Below are positions 27,962 to 41,255 of a stretch of DNA of 64,000 nt, in pieces. The first letter of the stretch is position 1. Each line of letters starts with the position of its first letter. This DNA is from Balanoglossus misakiensis (lineage: Eukaryota > Animalia > Hemichordata): contig CM082579.2 of NCBI GenBank assembly GCA_040954595.2, forward strand, positions 5,452,879 through 5,516,878. The letters run 5' to 3'. Made by a program: the position numbers and the translations under genes. The notes under the pieces are model-generated. The model did no database searches. It saw only the letters and a program-made list of their open reading frames with translations, and had not been told where the DNA came from.

Positions 27962-30230
27962 ACAGCAATATATATGCAGCTGGCAGGTAGAGACTGCTGA
28001 GTTTTGGTGATGTGCAAAATATATAACCTGCAACCCCCTCTTCTCACTAATGGTGTGGACTGTGATCATATGCAGAAAAAGGGGCACCATTTTCTACAGA
28101 GGGGTGGCAGCAGTTGAACTGGGTGGACCGGACGTCTTCACAGAAATTCATCTATATTTTGAGCCGTCGAACAACCAACAGAGTTTTGGGGATGCAGTCA
28201 ATACAGGGTCATTTATATTCTAAAGTTTACAATTCTAGTTAGTTTCTGTCAAAGATATGTAAATAAATCAATCCATTTGTCAAATCTGAGGCTGATTTTT
28301 CTAAGTTTAATGTGCTAGTTTGTCAATAAAAATGCACAGATTCAGTTTTGTGACCCTAGCTTCCCTGGACCCAAATAAATCCAAAGTGACGGCACTGTTA
28401 TGTATATACATGATGAAACATTCCAGGAATTTTTATGAAAAACAGATTATAGGGAATGATGTTTTGGTTTTTGGTGAAGAGTGGAATTTCTGTTTCATAT
28501 TTTCTTAACATGAGGACAATTTCCTAAAGAGGCTGAGGATTTTGAAATTATATTCTTACAAAAATGAACAGAAATAGTATTATTGAAGTCAGAAGAAATG
28601 TACCCCCTCGGATCCCAGTGGGTGATGCCTTCCAAAGATAGATTTGGAAAATAGACAACTGAATATCCAGGTTCCGGGTGTGACTAAGTGAACTGGAGCA
28701 AAGTTTGAACAAGAGATAAAAGGCTGATTTTCATGTTGCAAAAATCCAGTATAATTTACACCTTGCTTCATTTGTGCACAGAAGTTAATTCTTACCTGAT
28801 GTGCTTGAAAAATAGTAATACGTAGATGTAATTGTTGTGATAGTGTATCTATGGTTCTTTATAAAATCATTTACACTTGTAGAAACTTACTACTTTTCTT
28901 CAGCATTTTGTATATGAAATTTGATATGTATTTCATTGTAAATTTTGTGAATATCTTGTGAATGTGGTTATTTGTAAATTTAGATTTTCAGTACATGTAC
29001 TTTGTTTTGGATACGACACTGCTGCTGATGTCATGTAGCTTTGATAATGTTTATCCATTCTGTAGAAGCTCCAGTGTGGATTAGTTTGTGGTAAACCATA
29101 ATTCTCTGCTGGCGAGCAAACTTGAAGAAGTTTTCATGGTGACATATTTGCATAATTTGCATAACAATCAGCTTTAATGTTGGAAATTTAATTGAATAAA
29201 TGACTAATTTATAGATTCATTATTTATTAATAATTTTCTGTATATATGGAAGTGCATAATTAATTGACCCATAAATTTATTTTCTTGTGACAATTTTGGT
29301 TTTTGATTATACACCATTTAGCAAAGTGACAGCAAACTGTTCCAATGTCTTGACTAAGTTTTTTAACATGCAAGCTGTCACTTACCTCAAAATTGCACTG
29401 AATTTCATTTTGTTTTAATTTATAACTTGGACTGTGGATGTGGAAATTCAGAATGGTATGGGTTCTAGTGATTCCGTGAATATTTTTGTATAATATCAGG
29501 GGGGAAAAAGGACTTTTGTATGATAACACTTCGGGCTGAATTGTGGTTTGTGCCAAAGCTTTGTGCAGTTACGTCAATTTCCTTTCCTCTGTCAGTTTAG
29601 TATTGTATTATACAGATTATTCTCCACTTAATACGATACATATATTTCCACATTTTTCACATTTTCATGTATATGTTGTTTCAGTGATCGCAGTCAGTTA
29701 ACACCACCTAACATGTTTGTACCTTTCTGTTATGTTTTGAGTCCTCTTCGTGGAGTGGCCATCTTGCCAAGGAGTTTGTGCTGACAAGTTATTCAAACCT
29801 TTTTAAAAAGTGTCTGAACTTATTCTCAAGTGTTCAACTGTCCAAGAAAATCGGCACCAGTAATTTTCTTGAATCATTTCATCAGAGTACTTTGGGTACA
29901 AAACCCTCTTCTTTTTGCCTGGTTGAGTCGCACCCATAGACAAATTGTGGTGATGTTGTTGACTGCTACAAAAGTCAATGGTAAGTTTGGAATCCATTTT
30001 TATAGTCTAGCAAATTGCATTCATCACAATTTGTCTCTGTTTAAAGCATAGTTTGACTCAGAGGCTGGCTAGAAATTCAGACCTATGTGGCTACTGCTAA
30101 CCCCACTATGTTGACTTGTAGGCATGCTCAGTCCAAAATCTCTCATTTACAAATGTCTGCCTGGCTTATATCCTTGACTGCTTTGTACTTTATTTTTCAA
30201 AAATTAAAAACAATTGGTCGAAAATACCTT

Positions 30231-30768
30231 TTAAGGGTGATAGAGTCACTACATCATAAATAAAGCACTCATGCTTTATATACTAAAATGTAAAACTGAG
30301 GATTTGATCAAAATCGGTCTTCGTACAAATGATCAGAACTTTTAACACAAAAATATACATTGTAAGTGATGATTAAATGACTTATTTTATCTTAAAATGT
30401 TTTAATATCAGTATTTGCTTTGAAATTATCGACAAAATCATTCGAAGAACACATATTTTTCACCAAATTGTGATTTTCTCATTTTTAGAGTTGGGGTCTA
30501 ATGTTGAATAATGTAGCTTTGTACAAATGCTGATGACCCCCCATATTTTCATTACATGTAAATAAATATATATGTATAAAATCTGAACCATGATTTTTGT
30601 AAATTCTGTTGAAAATGTAAATAAATCAACAAGCTGGATTTCGAACTCACAACAGTGTTAACGGGCATTTAGAAGTGATGATTCAAATATTTATGAAAAG
30701 TTTATATGAAAAACCAACCAAAGCTTTGAAATAAAAATAAAATAGATAGTGACTCAATCACCCTTCAA
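30231..30768. mobile_element. Non-autonomous DNA transposon / MITE with 19-bp terminal inverted repeats
   Basis: Left end AAGGGTGATAGAGTCACTA (30233-30251) and right end TAGTGACTCAATCACCCTT (30747-30765) are 18/19 complementary. The left end overlaps TTAA and the right a degenerate TTCAA. The interior is AT-rich and non-coding. Confidence 0.7.
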
Positions 30769-31469
30769 GTTTATTCCGTAAGACAAACTGTGATCACTGC
30801 TTGATCAGGAAAGACTTTTCGTACTTTGTATATATATTTTCTTCACTGTTCCAATTCATGAGACTTTCTACTTTGTAGTTGAGACAATTTTGTACAGTTC
30901 ACTTCTGTTTTATCTAATAAACAGGAATTGGAAAATGGAGAAAGGTTTCCTGCCATTTTTTTAATCTTCCCAAATCAGGGAAAGTTACCATTACCAGTGC
31001 CCCTGTGTTTGTGTTTTGACACTAAAAACTTGACCCTTAAACATTTTGGCATGGGCAGTTCTGTGCCACAATTGTCCATACAAAGTGTTACGAGAACATA
31101 GTTGTGTCTTGTTGCAAAATTGTCTTTATTTCTAACAATAACAAACACAGTGAATGGTGTGCAATGCACATGCTGGAGTACATGCAAGACATATGGCTGG
31201 CATAATGTTCAGCTTGACTGAAACTCTGGATAGCATGTTTGTGTTTTGATAAAATAACATCAGATCAGGTCAGGTCTCTTGTTATGAAAACACGTTCCTG
31301 AGCAGACATACACAAGAACCGATACAAGTGTTGAAAAACTGCACTTCCCATACAAGTTCTGGGATCCTCCAAAATACAATTAAGCTGAAGCTGATTTGTG
31401 TGAATTAATGCCTATACACATCCCAATATGCACATCAGAGGTTAACTACATGGTCCACTTTTCGCAATG

Positions 31470-32013
31470 CTACCTCTGACTGTCATCAATGACTGTGTTC
31501 TGTTCTACATTGGTATCTGACTGTACTGGCATGCTGTTTGCAATGTCAGGGCTAACCCCGTTGCCAGCTGCATCTGTCTCAGTCACACTGTTGACCCCGG
31601 CAACCCCAGGATTCGATCCCTGGTCTTCTGTGGGTTGGGGGCTGCCTTGTGGCACACCGCCAGCCTCTGCCTGTTTCTGGCTCTCTGCCAGCATTCTGGC
31701 CATTGGGTTCACTTCCATGTAGGTACCAATCACTCGGTGGTTGACGTTTATCAGTTTCGAAGAGCACCGGTCCACACAGGATTCCTGGCAGAGAAGAGTT
31801 TGGTATTATATTAGGGCATTAGACTGATATAAACCAATTGACCACAATAATTAAACAGACAATCACACTCACCTCTTCTGGTGTTAACACTCTGTAGTTC
31901 AGATTGGTCGCACAGTGATTAAAACATTTCTCGGTGAATGAGTTGTACACAGTAAGAAAGTCTCTGAACTAGAATAGAGAGAAAAGGCAAATTAGAAGTG
32001 ACCTTTGGAACCT

Positions 32014-32091
<78 letters not shown>

Positions 32092-32162
32092 CTTGATCAG
32101 TGAAGAAGATAAATATTGAAATTGACATGGCTTACGTTTCTTATAGCTGCTTGTTCGTCCAT
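31470..32162 (-). CDS. TIMM10B: Mitochondrial small Tim chaperone Tim10B (Tim9b/FXC1), 3 exons, 145 aa
   Basis: Exons 32162-32136, 31968-31873 and 31784-31470 give [63 protein letters not shown].... It has the twin CX3C motif and resembles human [22 protein letters not shown]...CLHSCAGKLIHSNHRL. Confidence 0.93.
32016..32091. repeat. (ATC)~25 perfect microsatellite in TIMM10B intron 1
   Basis: Uninterrupted atc run. Confidence 0.97.
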
Positions 32163-32575
32163 TTCAACTTCTCTCCTAATATATCACCTTAACTTTTGGG
32201 CTTACAGTAACATAGATCGTTGTTTTACGCGACTGACATGTCGAACTCCAAAGCTATAGAGTTGAAAGATGATCTGGTAGCATGTACAGTTGCAAAACGT
32301 GTCTCTGATCGTCTCAGCTCAGCTGTTCGAAATCCCGTACAGGAATTTGTCGTCCTGAACGAGAAAGTACGCGACTTGCAGTAATCGCAGGACCCGGATG
32401 ATCGGACGCACAGACAAGTGCAAAGCAGTGTGGATACGTGGTGTTGGAAATAGCGATTTCTACCGAACGGGGCGTATGAGCGACTGATTAGCAGATCCCT
32501 CGGAATTTTCGTTAACCACGGCGGTGCAGTGCGTGAAGGAGAAGACAGCATCTATCATTTCACCTTGCAGTCGCG
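32163..32575. promoter_or_regulatory. Bidirectional promoter TIMM10B/arfaptin plus non-coding arfaptin exon 1
   Basis: CpG-rich segment between the divergent genes, with a plus-strand donor GCG|GTGAGT at 32576 that can splice to the acceptor at 34606. Confidence 0.6.
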
Positions 32576-34616
32576 GTGAGTTGCAAAGTTTGGCCTCAGA
32601 TACCGTCTACCGGTTAATTTTAGCGGTGTCGGTTTTAACACAAAATAGTGTACATATTACAGTTCACACATCTGCTATACAGTCGAGTCATTCATACATT
32701 CTACACGTCCGAGGTTCCACGTGGGAGGAACCGAAAATCGGGTTTAGATTGAAATGTCATTGCTAATAATAACTCAGAGAATTGACCGGGAGTAAGTTGA
32801 ATCGCTTTCATAGTCACGTTTCAAAATAAACTTTGTCGATTACCTGCTTCTTCCGGGGCACGTAGGGTTTCATAATGACATAGCGGAAGTCATTTCAATG
32901 GCCCCTGTGCATGCCACCCAGAATGAAAGGGTATACTGTATATAACTGTGTGTACTTTATTTATATTGCGTGATTGTACAGAAAGTCAGTATCCTTTCGA
33001 GGGCGTCTCCTATAGACAGATTGTCAGACGAGCATAATTTAGTCCACGTTCCCTCCTCCATCTCCATCACTATGATGATGGATGGATGGTTTGGACACAA
33101 CACTGATAAGTCACTTATCAGTGTGCACGTGTAAATGACCTCACCACAGCACTGCATCCAATGAATTAAACTGCGTTTATCTAGAGCATGTCACCTTCAT
33201 CCACCCATCCCAGCCGTACAAATTCATCTACCATAGTATTACATGGGTTCAGTGACATTGAAACATTTAGGCCATTGTACATATACATAAATTTGCATTT
33301 GTGATTGTGATTTGTTATTGAGTCCTTGGGATGCTCAATGAATGATCATCTTACATAAAGCAGCTTTCAGTTGATCAACCATCTTTCATCCTTGTCTAAC
33401 CAGTAACGTTCAGTTGTTCTTTTTACTCCAGATGGTATGAAGAAGTGCCACTCCACTCTCCATTGCCTTCTAACCTTTCAATATCACAGCAGTGCATAGC
33501 ATTATTCAATCAATGAATGCATTCATTGAGTGATTTGCAAATCCTATGATCATCATGGCCGAGCAATTTCAATTTTTCAATGGGATTAATCTCTGCATGA
33601 AAGCTCCCTGAATGCACATCAATATTCTTTGTAACAGACGCAACTTGCATTTTCTATTGTTATGTATTCTGTCTGCCTTTGTTGTGTTAACTCCTGATAT
33701 TACCTGCTCACAGTTGTACATGTAATATATATATCTCACATACATTTTGCAATTATATTGTGCCCTGTATTCCCTTGTACATGGAGTAGCTAATATTAAT
33801 GTTTCCCGTTTATTCTCATAAAACGTCTCGCATATTCTGTTTAAATTTTATTGCACCACAGCTGTCAGCAAAATGCCATTTATTTGTGTTTATAGCTGCT
33901 TTTTTATAATATTAGGGAAGCAGAATTCCTCAAGTTAAATTCAGCATCAGTATTTGAATTCAGGATCATGGGTAGATGATGTAGGATTCATATCCTGGAA
34001 GAAATCTGTGGAGGAATTAACCAGCGTTCACGTTAAAACCAGAAAAATGTCACATTAGGTTATTAGGTTGCATTTAAATAAATAAGATGAAATGCCATTT
34101 GAATGCCGTATTGCATTTCCCCAGTTTCACTCAGGATTTGCAAGTTGATCATGAGCCCTGGATGGTGCAATAATTTAGACGTACACTGACCCCTGTGTTA
34201 TCTATCATCGATGTCTCCAGGCTATGGATTCTGAGATCGTAATGTAGCCCACAATTCAGTCAGTTGATAACATTTGGTTATTGCCAGTAGACTGACGTGA
34301 GCCCTGGAGAGACTGACATTTCAATTTAATTCCTGACAGTCTCTGATAGGAATTTCTGATATCAAGCCAGGTTCTGATTTAATCCTTTCACCTTTTGGTG
34401 GTGAAAGGGTTTAAGGAAAGTGCATGTAACATCTGATGAGATGGTGTAATCCAGTCTGTCTGCTGCAGTAACTACAACCCTGATCTGTACATGTGTATAG
34501 TCTGTATCAACTTGACTGAAATTGCATAATTGGGCATATGCTGGATTGAGTATTAATTTTAAAATCAAATTTCATAACTGAAGTTTTCTCCAAATATTTT
34601 CACCAGGTAACCAGTG

Positions 34617-35203
34617 ATGTCAGATTTAGGGTACCCCAACATTCACGCGGACAACGGAGAGGCCCCCAACGGCAACGATCCAGACGACACATTTGAGCAG
34701 GACCTACGTGACATGCTGCGCGACGGACCGAACATAACGGAGAGCCCGGCCAACATGCAGGGTGGAGCGGTCCACCCGCCCCCCAGTGGTCAGTTTACCG
34801 GTATAGACCTCACTAGTCCACCTCGGACAAACATTCCCTCCTCACCTCGTGGTATTACCCCCAGTGCTGTAGCTGCCAGTCGTTTAGCCAATCCAGGGCA
34901 CGATGCAGGTACATAGGCGATGACACACTGTCATTAGACAACACTGAGCATTGTTTTCATTTGTTTATTTGGTATTGGTTGCACAGGGTGCTTGCATGCC
35001 GGAGTGACTGTGTGTTTCTGTTGCATGTTTTGATTTTTGTCAGTCTTTGTTTCTTTGATGTACATGTAATCATTCCTCGGGTCACCCATTACATTACTTT
35101 TCCATACTCACCAAAGGAAGTCATTTCTCATTTTAACTTCCTTAAAGTTTCAAATGAACAGAAACATGTATGTATTGAGATTTGTGTGTTTTGAAGCGGT
35201 GTT

Positions 35204-35235
<32 letters not shown>

Positions 35236-38200
35236 GGGTTTGTGGTGTGTAGATGTGCATGACTGCGAGTGCTGTTTTGCTGTTCATGTATTGCATGAAA
35301 GACATGAGAATTGACTTGCCAGATCTAATTTATGCATTGTAATGAGTTTTGTTCTTCTGTGGATGTAGTGTGTTGATGTACAATATATTTATTTTGATCT
35401 GTATGGACTTTTATGGTGTTGTTCATATCGTGTAACTGCATCCATGCTCTCCTAAATATTTCCACATAATATATTTTTAAAAAAATGTAAAAAATAAATT
35501 ACAAGTTGGCTGGCTAACCACTGCCTCACTGCATTCACTGTTGTCTACATTGGCAGTGTTTGAAACAGCAATCTTTCTCTCTTTCTGTCTCTCACCACGT
35601 TGTGACATTTTCTAGAATGAAAGTACATCATTTCATACACACTGAAAACTGCTATTCAGAGGGAGAAGTGCCAGAAATGGTAGACCTTTGCAGTGAAAAT
35701 GTCACAACATGGAAAGCCTTTGATAACCTGTATTTTAATTATATAACTTACTTTCAATGCATGCATAATTCTACATGGCAAATTCCACACAATACCATCA
35801 GAAGCAGATTCACATGTTACAGTGGAATCACAAAATTCTTGTAAAGGAAAAGTCGCATCTGATACTAAATGTCATGGTCTTTGGTTCACTAACAAACTCT
35901 GCATATATAACAAAATGTTTTTATATTGCTCAGGATGCTGTCTTAGACCCAAGTTGTTTTCTTTTCCAAATATATTTCTGTCTATAAATCAGTTTCTAGG
36001 ATATTTTTTATAAACATCTGTTTTGAAGGTTTTTTTGGTAGAAATACCTTGTAGTCGTCTTTCTGGCTCTGTAGTTGGGTCATTCCAAATGGTGAGGTCG
36101 GGAACTGTTTACAAAAAAAAATGAACTGAAGGAGTTAGGCATTCTGCTTATGGACAAAATACACTTACAGCTTCTGTCCTGTAAACTTTATGTAATTTGG
36201 GTTTGTGGTTGTGGGAGAAACTTTTAACAAATACAACATAAAAAGCAACACCACAAACTTCAAACATTTGTTACTTTACAATGTACATAAACCTCTCCAA
36301 AACAGCTATCTGACATCGTCATACTGCAAAGACTTTATTAGAAAAAGATTAAAATTTGCCTTGTGACAAAACTTAAAAGAAATTTATACCACAGCAACAG
36401 ATTTTGTGGGCTCAGGTTCGATCCTGTAGCATAAAATAATTGCATCAAATTAGTATCATGTTTGAGTTTGCGAATTCTAATAAAGTCTTTACAGTATCTG
36501 GAATTCTAACAGTCTAACCCATGTCATCTTATTCCTTCCATAAAACTGATCTGCTAGATGGTATGGTAGAAGACAATGATACCTTTCCTGCAAGTATGTG
36601 GCTGCTACACCAACTATTATCACTCCCCTCTTTCTTTCTTCTTGACAATAGAAAATCTCTGCTCTGTGCTTTCAATATGTCTAATGAGTGAATGGAATTA
36701 TTGAATGAAGAATGTTGTACCGTTTATGTTTGGTTGCTGGGATGATTCTTACATGAAATCAGGAATGCAATTTTTGACGGTGATATTTTTAAAAAGTGCT
36801 GTGACATGTTAGCACTAATGATGTTTTCATGTTCATCAAGTTGTAAGCATCATCAACTTCAAGCATTGCAAAGTTCATGTTGATGGACTGTTTTGTTTTC
36901 AAAAACAAATTACTTGTTCATACTGAAAAACCATAATTGCAGTTTGATATGCTTGAAGAAGCATATTTTATAAATGTAAACTGTAACAGATTACGTTATT
37001 ACACCATTCTGGACTTGCATTTATGACTATGCCTACCTTGTCGGCGTTCTCCAGATACCAAGAGTCAACCTGTGTACAAAGGCACCAGTACATCTTATGC
37101 CTCCAGCACTGCAGCCTACAACCCCAACAGTGGCGCAGTCTACAGCAGCGGCTCGACGTACGGCAGCAACCAGGGCGCCGTCAGCAGCGGCGGCGCCGGG
37201 AGCCAGCGCTTCTTAGAGACTTCCAAAACCAAACTGGACGCCATCAAGACGTGGGGCGTGTCGACGTACAAGTGCACCCGGCAGATCATCTCGGAGAAAC
37301 TGGGGCGGGGGTCGCGGACGGTCGACCTGCAGCTGGAGGCGCAGATCGAGGTGCTGCGCGACACCCAGCGCAAGTACGCCAACATCCTGAAGCTGTCCAA
37401 GGCGCTGACCAACCACTTCTACCAGGTGGTGCTGACGCAGCGCGCCCTGGGCGAATCGTTCACCGATCTGGCGGTGAAGTCGCCCGAGCTTCAGGAGGAG
37501 TTCACCTACAACGCAGAGACGCAGAGGAATCTATGCAAGAACGGCGAGACGCTTCTAGGGGCTTTGAATTTCTTCACCTCGAACGTCAACACGCTTTGTC
37601 ACAAAACCATGGAGGACTCGCTTATAACAGTGAACCAGTATGAGTCTGCAAGGTAAGTACGGGAATGGAATTTTTACCCTTTCACCACTGTGGTTCGGTC
37701 CAAATCATTGCTTTCTGCTTGGTTCAAAATTTGAGCAACCATCAAAAAGCAATTTTCAAGTCATTTGACATGTCCAGATGACATAACATATAGATCGATA
37801 CACAGGAATTGATACACACAGACGGAACATTTATGAGCCTTTCTGTTATTTTTTTTTTACAGAATTGAATATGATGCGTATAGGACAGACATGGAAGCTC
37901 TGCAGCTACAGCCAAGGGACTCGTCAACAGTCGGCAAAGTTGAAGAATCCAAGCGCAAGTACAACTTGCACAAAGAAAAGTTTGACAAACTGAGAGGGGA
38001 CGTTGCAGTCAAGCTGCGATTCCTGGAAGAAAACAAGGTAACATTTTCATGTCGTATCATTGGCTGTGTCATTGTAAGAACTGGGAGAATGAAATTAACT
38101 TCCATATGTACATAATTGGTAATCCTGTTTTCTATTGCCCTGTACCATCTGTTATCATGGCCGAGTGCAGTTTTACAATGGGAATCCCATCATTTATGCT

Positions 38201-38685
38201 GTCTTTTCCGTCAGATGCAGACCATGTGTGTGTGCAGTGATGCGGAATCTGTCCTATTGTTGTAATATTGATGCAGAATCAATAGCTGTGACTCGCACAT
38301 CAGATTTTGAGATTTTTGTAGTCCTTGGAAGCTCAGGTTGCCTGTTGTCACAGCTGCAGTGTTTTGATTCTTTTGAATGTTCGGAAATACCAGACTGAGA
38401 TATAATTTGCATGTGTGTATTATTCAGAATTTGTGTGTGTGTGTGTATGTGTGTGTAAGCTTGTTTGTATGTCAAAAACAGCTGTACATATCACCTCAAT
38501 GTTTTTTGCAGGTCAAAGTCATGCAGAAGCAACTACTGTTATTCCATAATGCAATATCTAGCTACTTCTCCGGCAATCAACAAGCTCTGGACGCGACACT
38601 TAAACAGTTCAGCATTAAACTGAAGCCACCGTCCGAGAACCAACCCTCATTCCTGGAGACCGATCTTCAAGATCAGCGGCGTTAG
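34617..38685 (+). CDS. ARFIP2: Arfaptin (ARFIP1/2 family, AH/BAR domain)
   Basis: Exons 34617-34908, optional 36558-36593, 37055-37652, 37863-38037 and 38512-38685 are in frame. Diagnostic segments: [53 protein letters not shown]...[57 protein letters not shown]. Confidence 0.95.
35204..35236. repeat. (TTG)11 microsatellite in an arfaptin intron
   Basis: Perfect run. Confidence 0.95.
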
Positions 38686-40360
38686 ATTTGCATGCACACC
38701 AGTCTGCCGACGAAGTCTCCAGTTGTCAGTGTGCGTGTCTCTCACACGTGACGTATCAGTTGTGGGGGTAACCCTGCACACCCCTATGGCCTCTCTACAA
38801 TGAAATAATCCCATTGTTTTCTTTGGACGGTCATACCATTGTAGAGGTGCCCTAGGGAGACGTGGGTTAGAAAATATCTGTGGCTGTTTTTGTATTTTTT
38901 CAAACAGTCGTGCAGGTGTCCTACTCAGATATGTGTCTGGCTGTCCCTCATTACAGCCAGAACTGGACACGTTGTCAGAAACATGCATGTAGCGCAGTTT
39001 TATGTGTTGTCTGGAAGTTGTGGAAAAACCAGTCCATTTAAGAGGTAGTTTTAGCTGGATAATGAAGAAAATAATAGATTTCTTATATAGCTCCCACAAA
39101 GACGTGATAATTCAGTACAGCCACACAGTGCTTGACTGTCTTTCACCTTCATCTATTTAACTACAAGTGAGTGGCTTTTTCGTTACAGAGCTGCTTCCAA
39201 CTTCAGATATAGTTTACAGTTTTGCATGTTAGGTCTTGAATTGTCCGTACAACACAGCATGCTTAATTAGCTAGTTGAAAAAAAAAACTTCTGTGGTGTA
39301 GACTAGTAATTTTACCTAGCCACAGTGTTTTTTCAGGCCAAAGTGACAGTGAGCAACTGCCCCAAACCCTTTCTCTCAACAGAGTTTACAGCATGATCTA
39401 GTATGCATGTCCATATATAAACTTTAAGATACAATATCCCATCTGTCTATAGGACAGGCTTCTTTTTCAACTTTTTTGTCGAAATTTCTGAGAGAAAAAA
39501 ATTCTGCAATATTTTAAACTTTTCTCATCTGATCATTGTGGCTGTAAAATTCCACAATATTTGCAATAAAGTGTTATACCCTAGGCTGCAGTGTTATGTA
39601 CGCATTGTATACATATTGCAAGGGTTGTCACTGTATGTTGTGGAAAAAGTCTCTAACCGTCATGCGAAGTGTGCAATGGTTGCCCAAAGTGTCCCTGTTG
39701 CTTTGTGCTGATCAGTATTATCGAATGTCTGTCCCACCAGTTGATTTACTGTCAAATAAAGATGGTCCTTATTTCCAGAGTAAAACTCTCTCTAGGGTCA
39801 ATGGTAAAACCTGTCATTTGCAGTCTGAATTGATCAGCTGTGCTCATCCAGTCAATTCATTATCACAACAAATTCACTAGTGTATCTCTAGGTCAGCATT
39901 GTAGTCCCATTTCCAGTTTGTCTGATAGTGCTGATGTGTTTTATGAAAAACAAAAGTATTCAGTGACTTTCCTAAGCTTTCTTTAGTTTCATCCTATATG
40001 TATGGAGCTCGATCCAGCTGCCATAAAGCATTTTTAGTAGAGCTTTCAAGACTTGTAGATAATATGTACAAATATGTAGCAACTCTTTCTTGTGTATTAC
40101 AACTTTGCAAACAATTTAATTTATTCGGTGAAATGAAGTATAGAGTGATTACATTTTTTTCTTGTGAGAAATGTAATACCTGAAATTCCCTTTACACTTG
40201 ATCGTGTAATTTACATGTAGTTATATAGAACAATACATGCATCTTATTTTCTTTGCAGTGCCGTCCTTTTCACCCCTTTGGTGTGAATGGACTGACCTGA
40301 ATTGTATGGTACAATACCATGCAAAACAGTCAAATTAATCCAAAGTATTTGAAAAATCAG

Positions 40361-40400
40361 GGGATTTCTGGGGAGGGAACTCGGGGAGGGAACTCGGGGA
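40361..40400 (+). repeat. Short 13-bp tandem repeat (GGGGAGGGAACTC) with six G-tracts
   Basis: gggatttctggggagggaactcggggagggaactcgggga in an otherwise AT-rich region downstream of arfaptin. Confidence 0.75.
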
Positions 40401-41240
40401 GTTCTTGCGCATACAATCTCAATTGTTTTCAAATTTTGCAATTTTAAGGAATTTTTGGATATGGTTGTTTACTTAACAGACATTATTGCATGTAGGATTG
40501 TAGAAAATGCCTGAAAAAATACAAACGGTCAACTTTGATGGAAAATTTTGTATATAATACAGTCAAATTCTATAACTTAAATGTTTCAGTCATCTGTGGC
40601 TTTGATTCGTGCATGGTTTTTCAAATTTCTCAGTAACTGTCTGGATGCCTTTCGTCCTGGAACTGGTGTTTTCTGTAGCCAAGTTTTCCCTGTCAGCCGT
40701 GTTCAGTTGTGTGTATTTTGTGTGTGGCCCTGTTAGCAAGTGTTATCGTAGCATCTTTCTGTGCATTGTAAAATGGCATCAAAGCATGGCAAAGTAAAGT
40801 AAATATTCAACACTGGGACTCCGAGTTGTGTGGTATTAAACTATTTTCTCTTTTCAAGTCCTGACAAACCCTACTCCCCTTACCCTTTCACAGCACACAC
40901 ATTGACTATCTGTCATGAAGAACTTGCACATCAGACCTCAACAGAATCCACACACAAATATGTTATCAGAATATTGTATACCGGCACAGTCCCTCAAGAA
41001 AGACATTCTTTCTTGAGGGACTGTGATACCGGTAAGTTGAATATTACAAGTCATGACCCAAAAGTACGTTTTAAACTCATTTAATTTCATAGCTGTAACA
41101 CCAAGACAGACACAGAAAGATCAAACAATGACTCCAAATACAACAGCCAAATAGAATACCACTACCAAAATAGCACCCACTCTCGTACAAAACTATGATT
41201 TGTACATGTAATATTTTTGCAACTCATAATAAACACAAGG

Positions 41241-41255
41241 AGCGCCCTCTGGTGG
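41241..41255 (-). promoter_or_regulatory. CTCF-like motif between the convergent arfaptin and TIMM8 3' ends
   Basis: The minus strand reads CCACCAGAGGGCGCT, the CTCF core consensus. Confidence 0.55.

Noticed and set aside
36405-36430. B-box-like GGTTCGATCC (similar motifs near 9226 and 30640) suggesting a tRNA or SINE
   Set aside because: No A box at proper spacing and no cloverleaf.
37023-37643. 206-aa alternative-frame ORF overlapping the arfaptin exon
   Set aside because: Explained by stop-codon depletion in the high-GC3 exon; no independent evidence.
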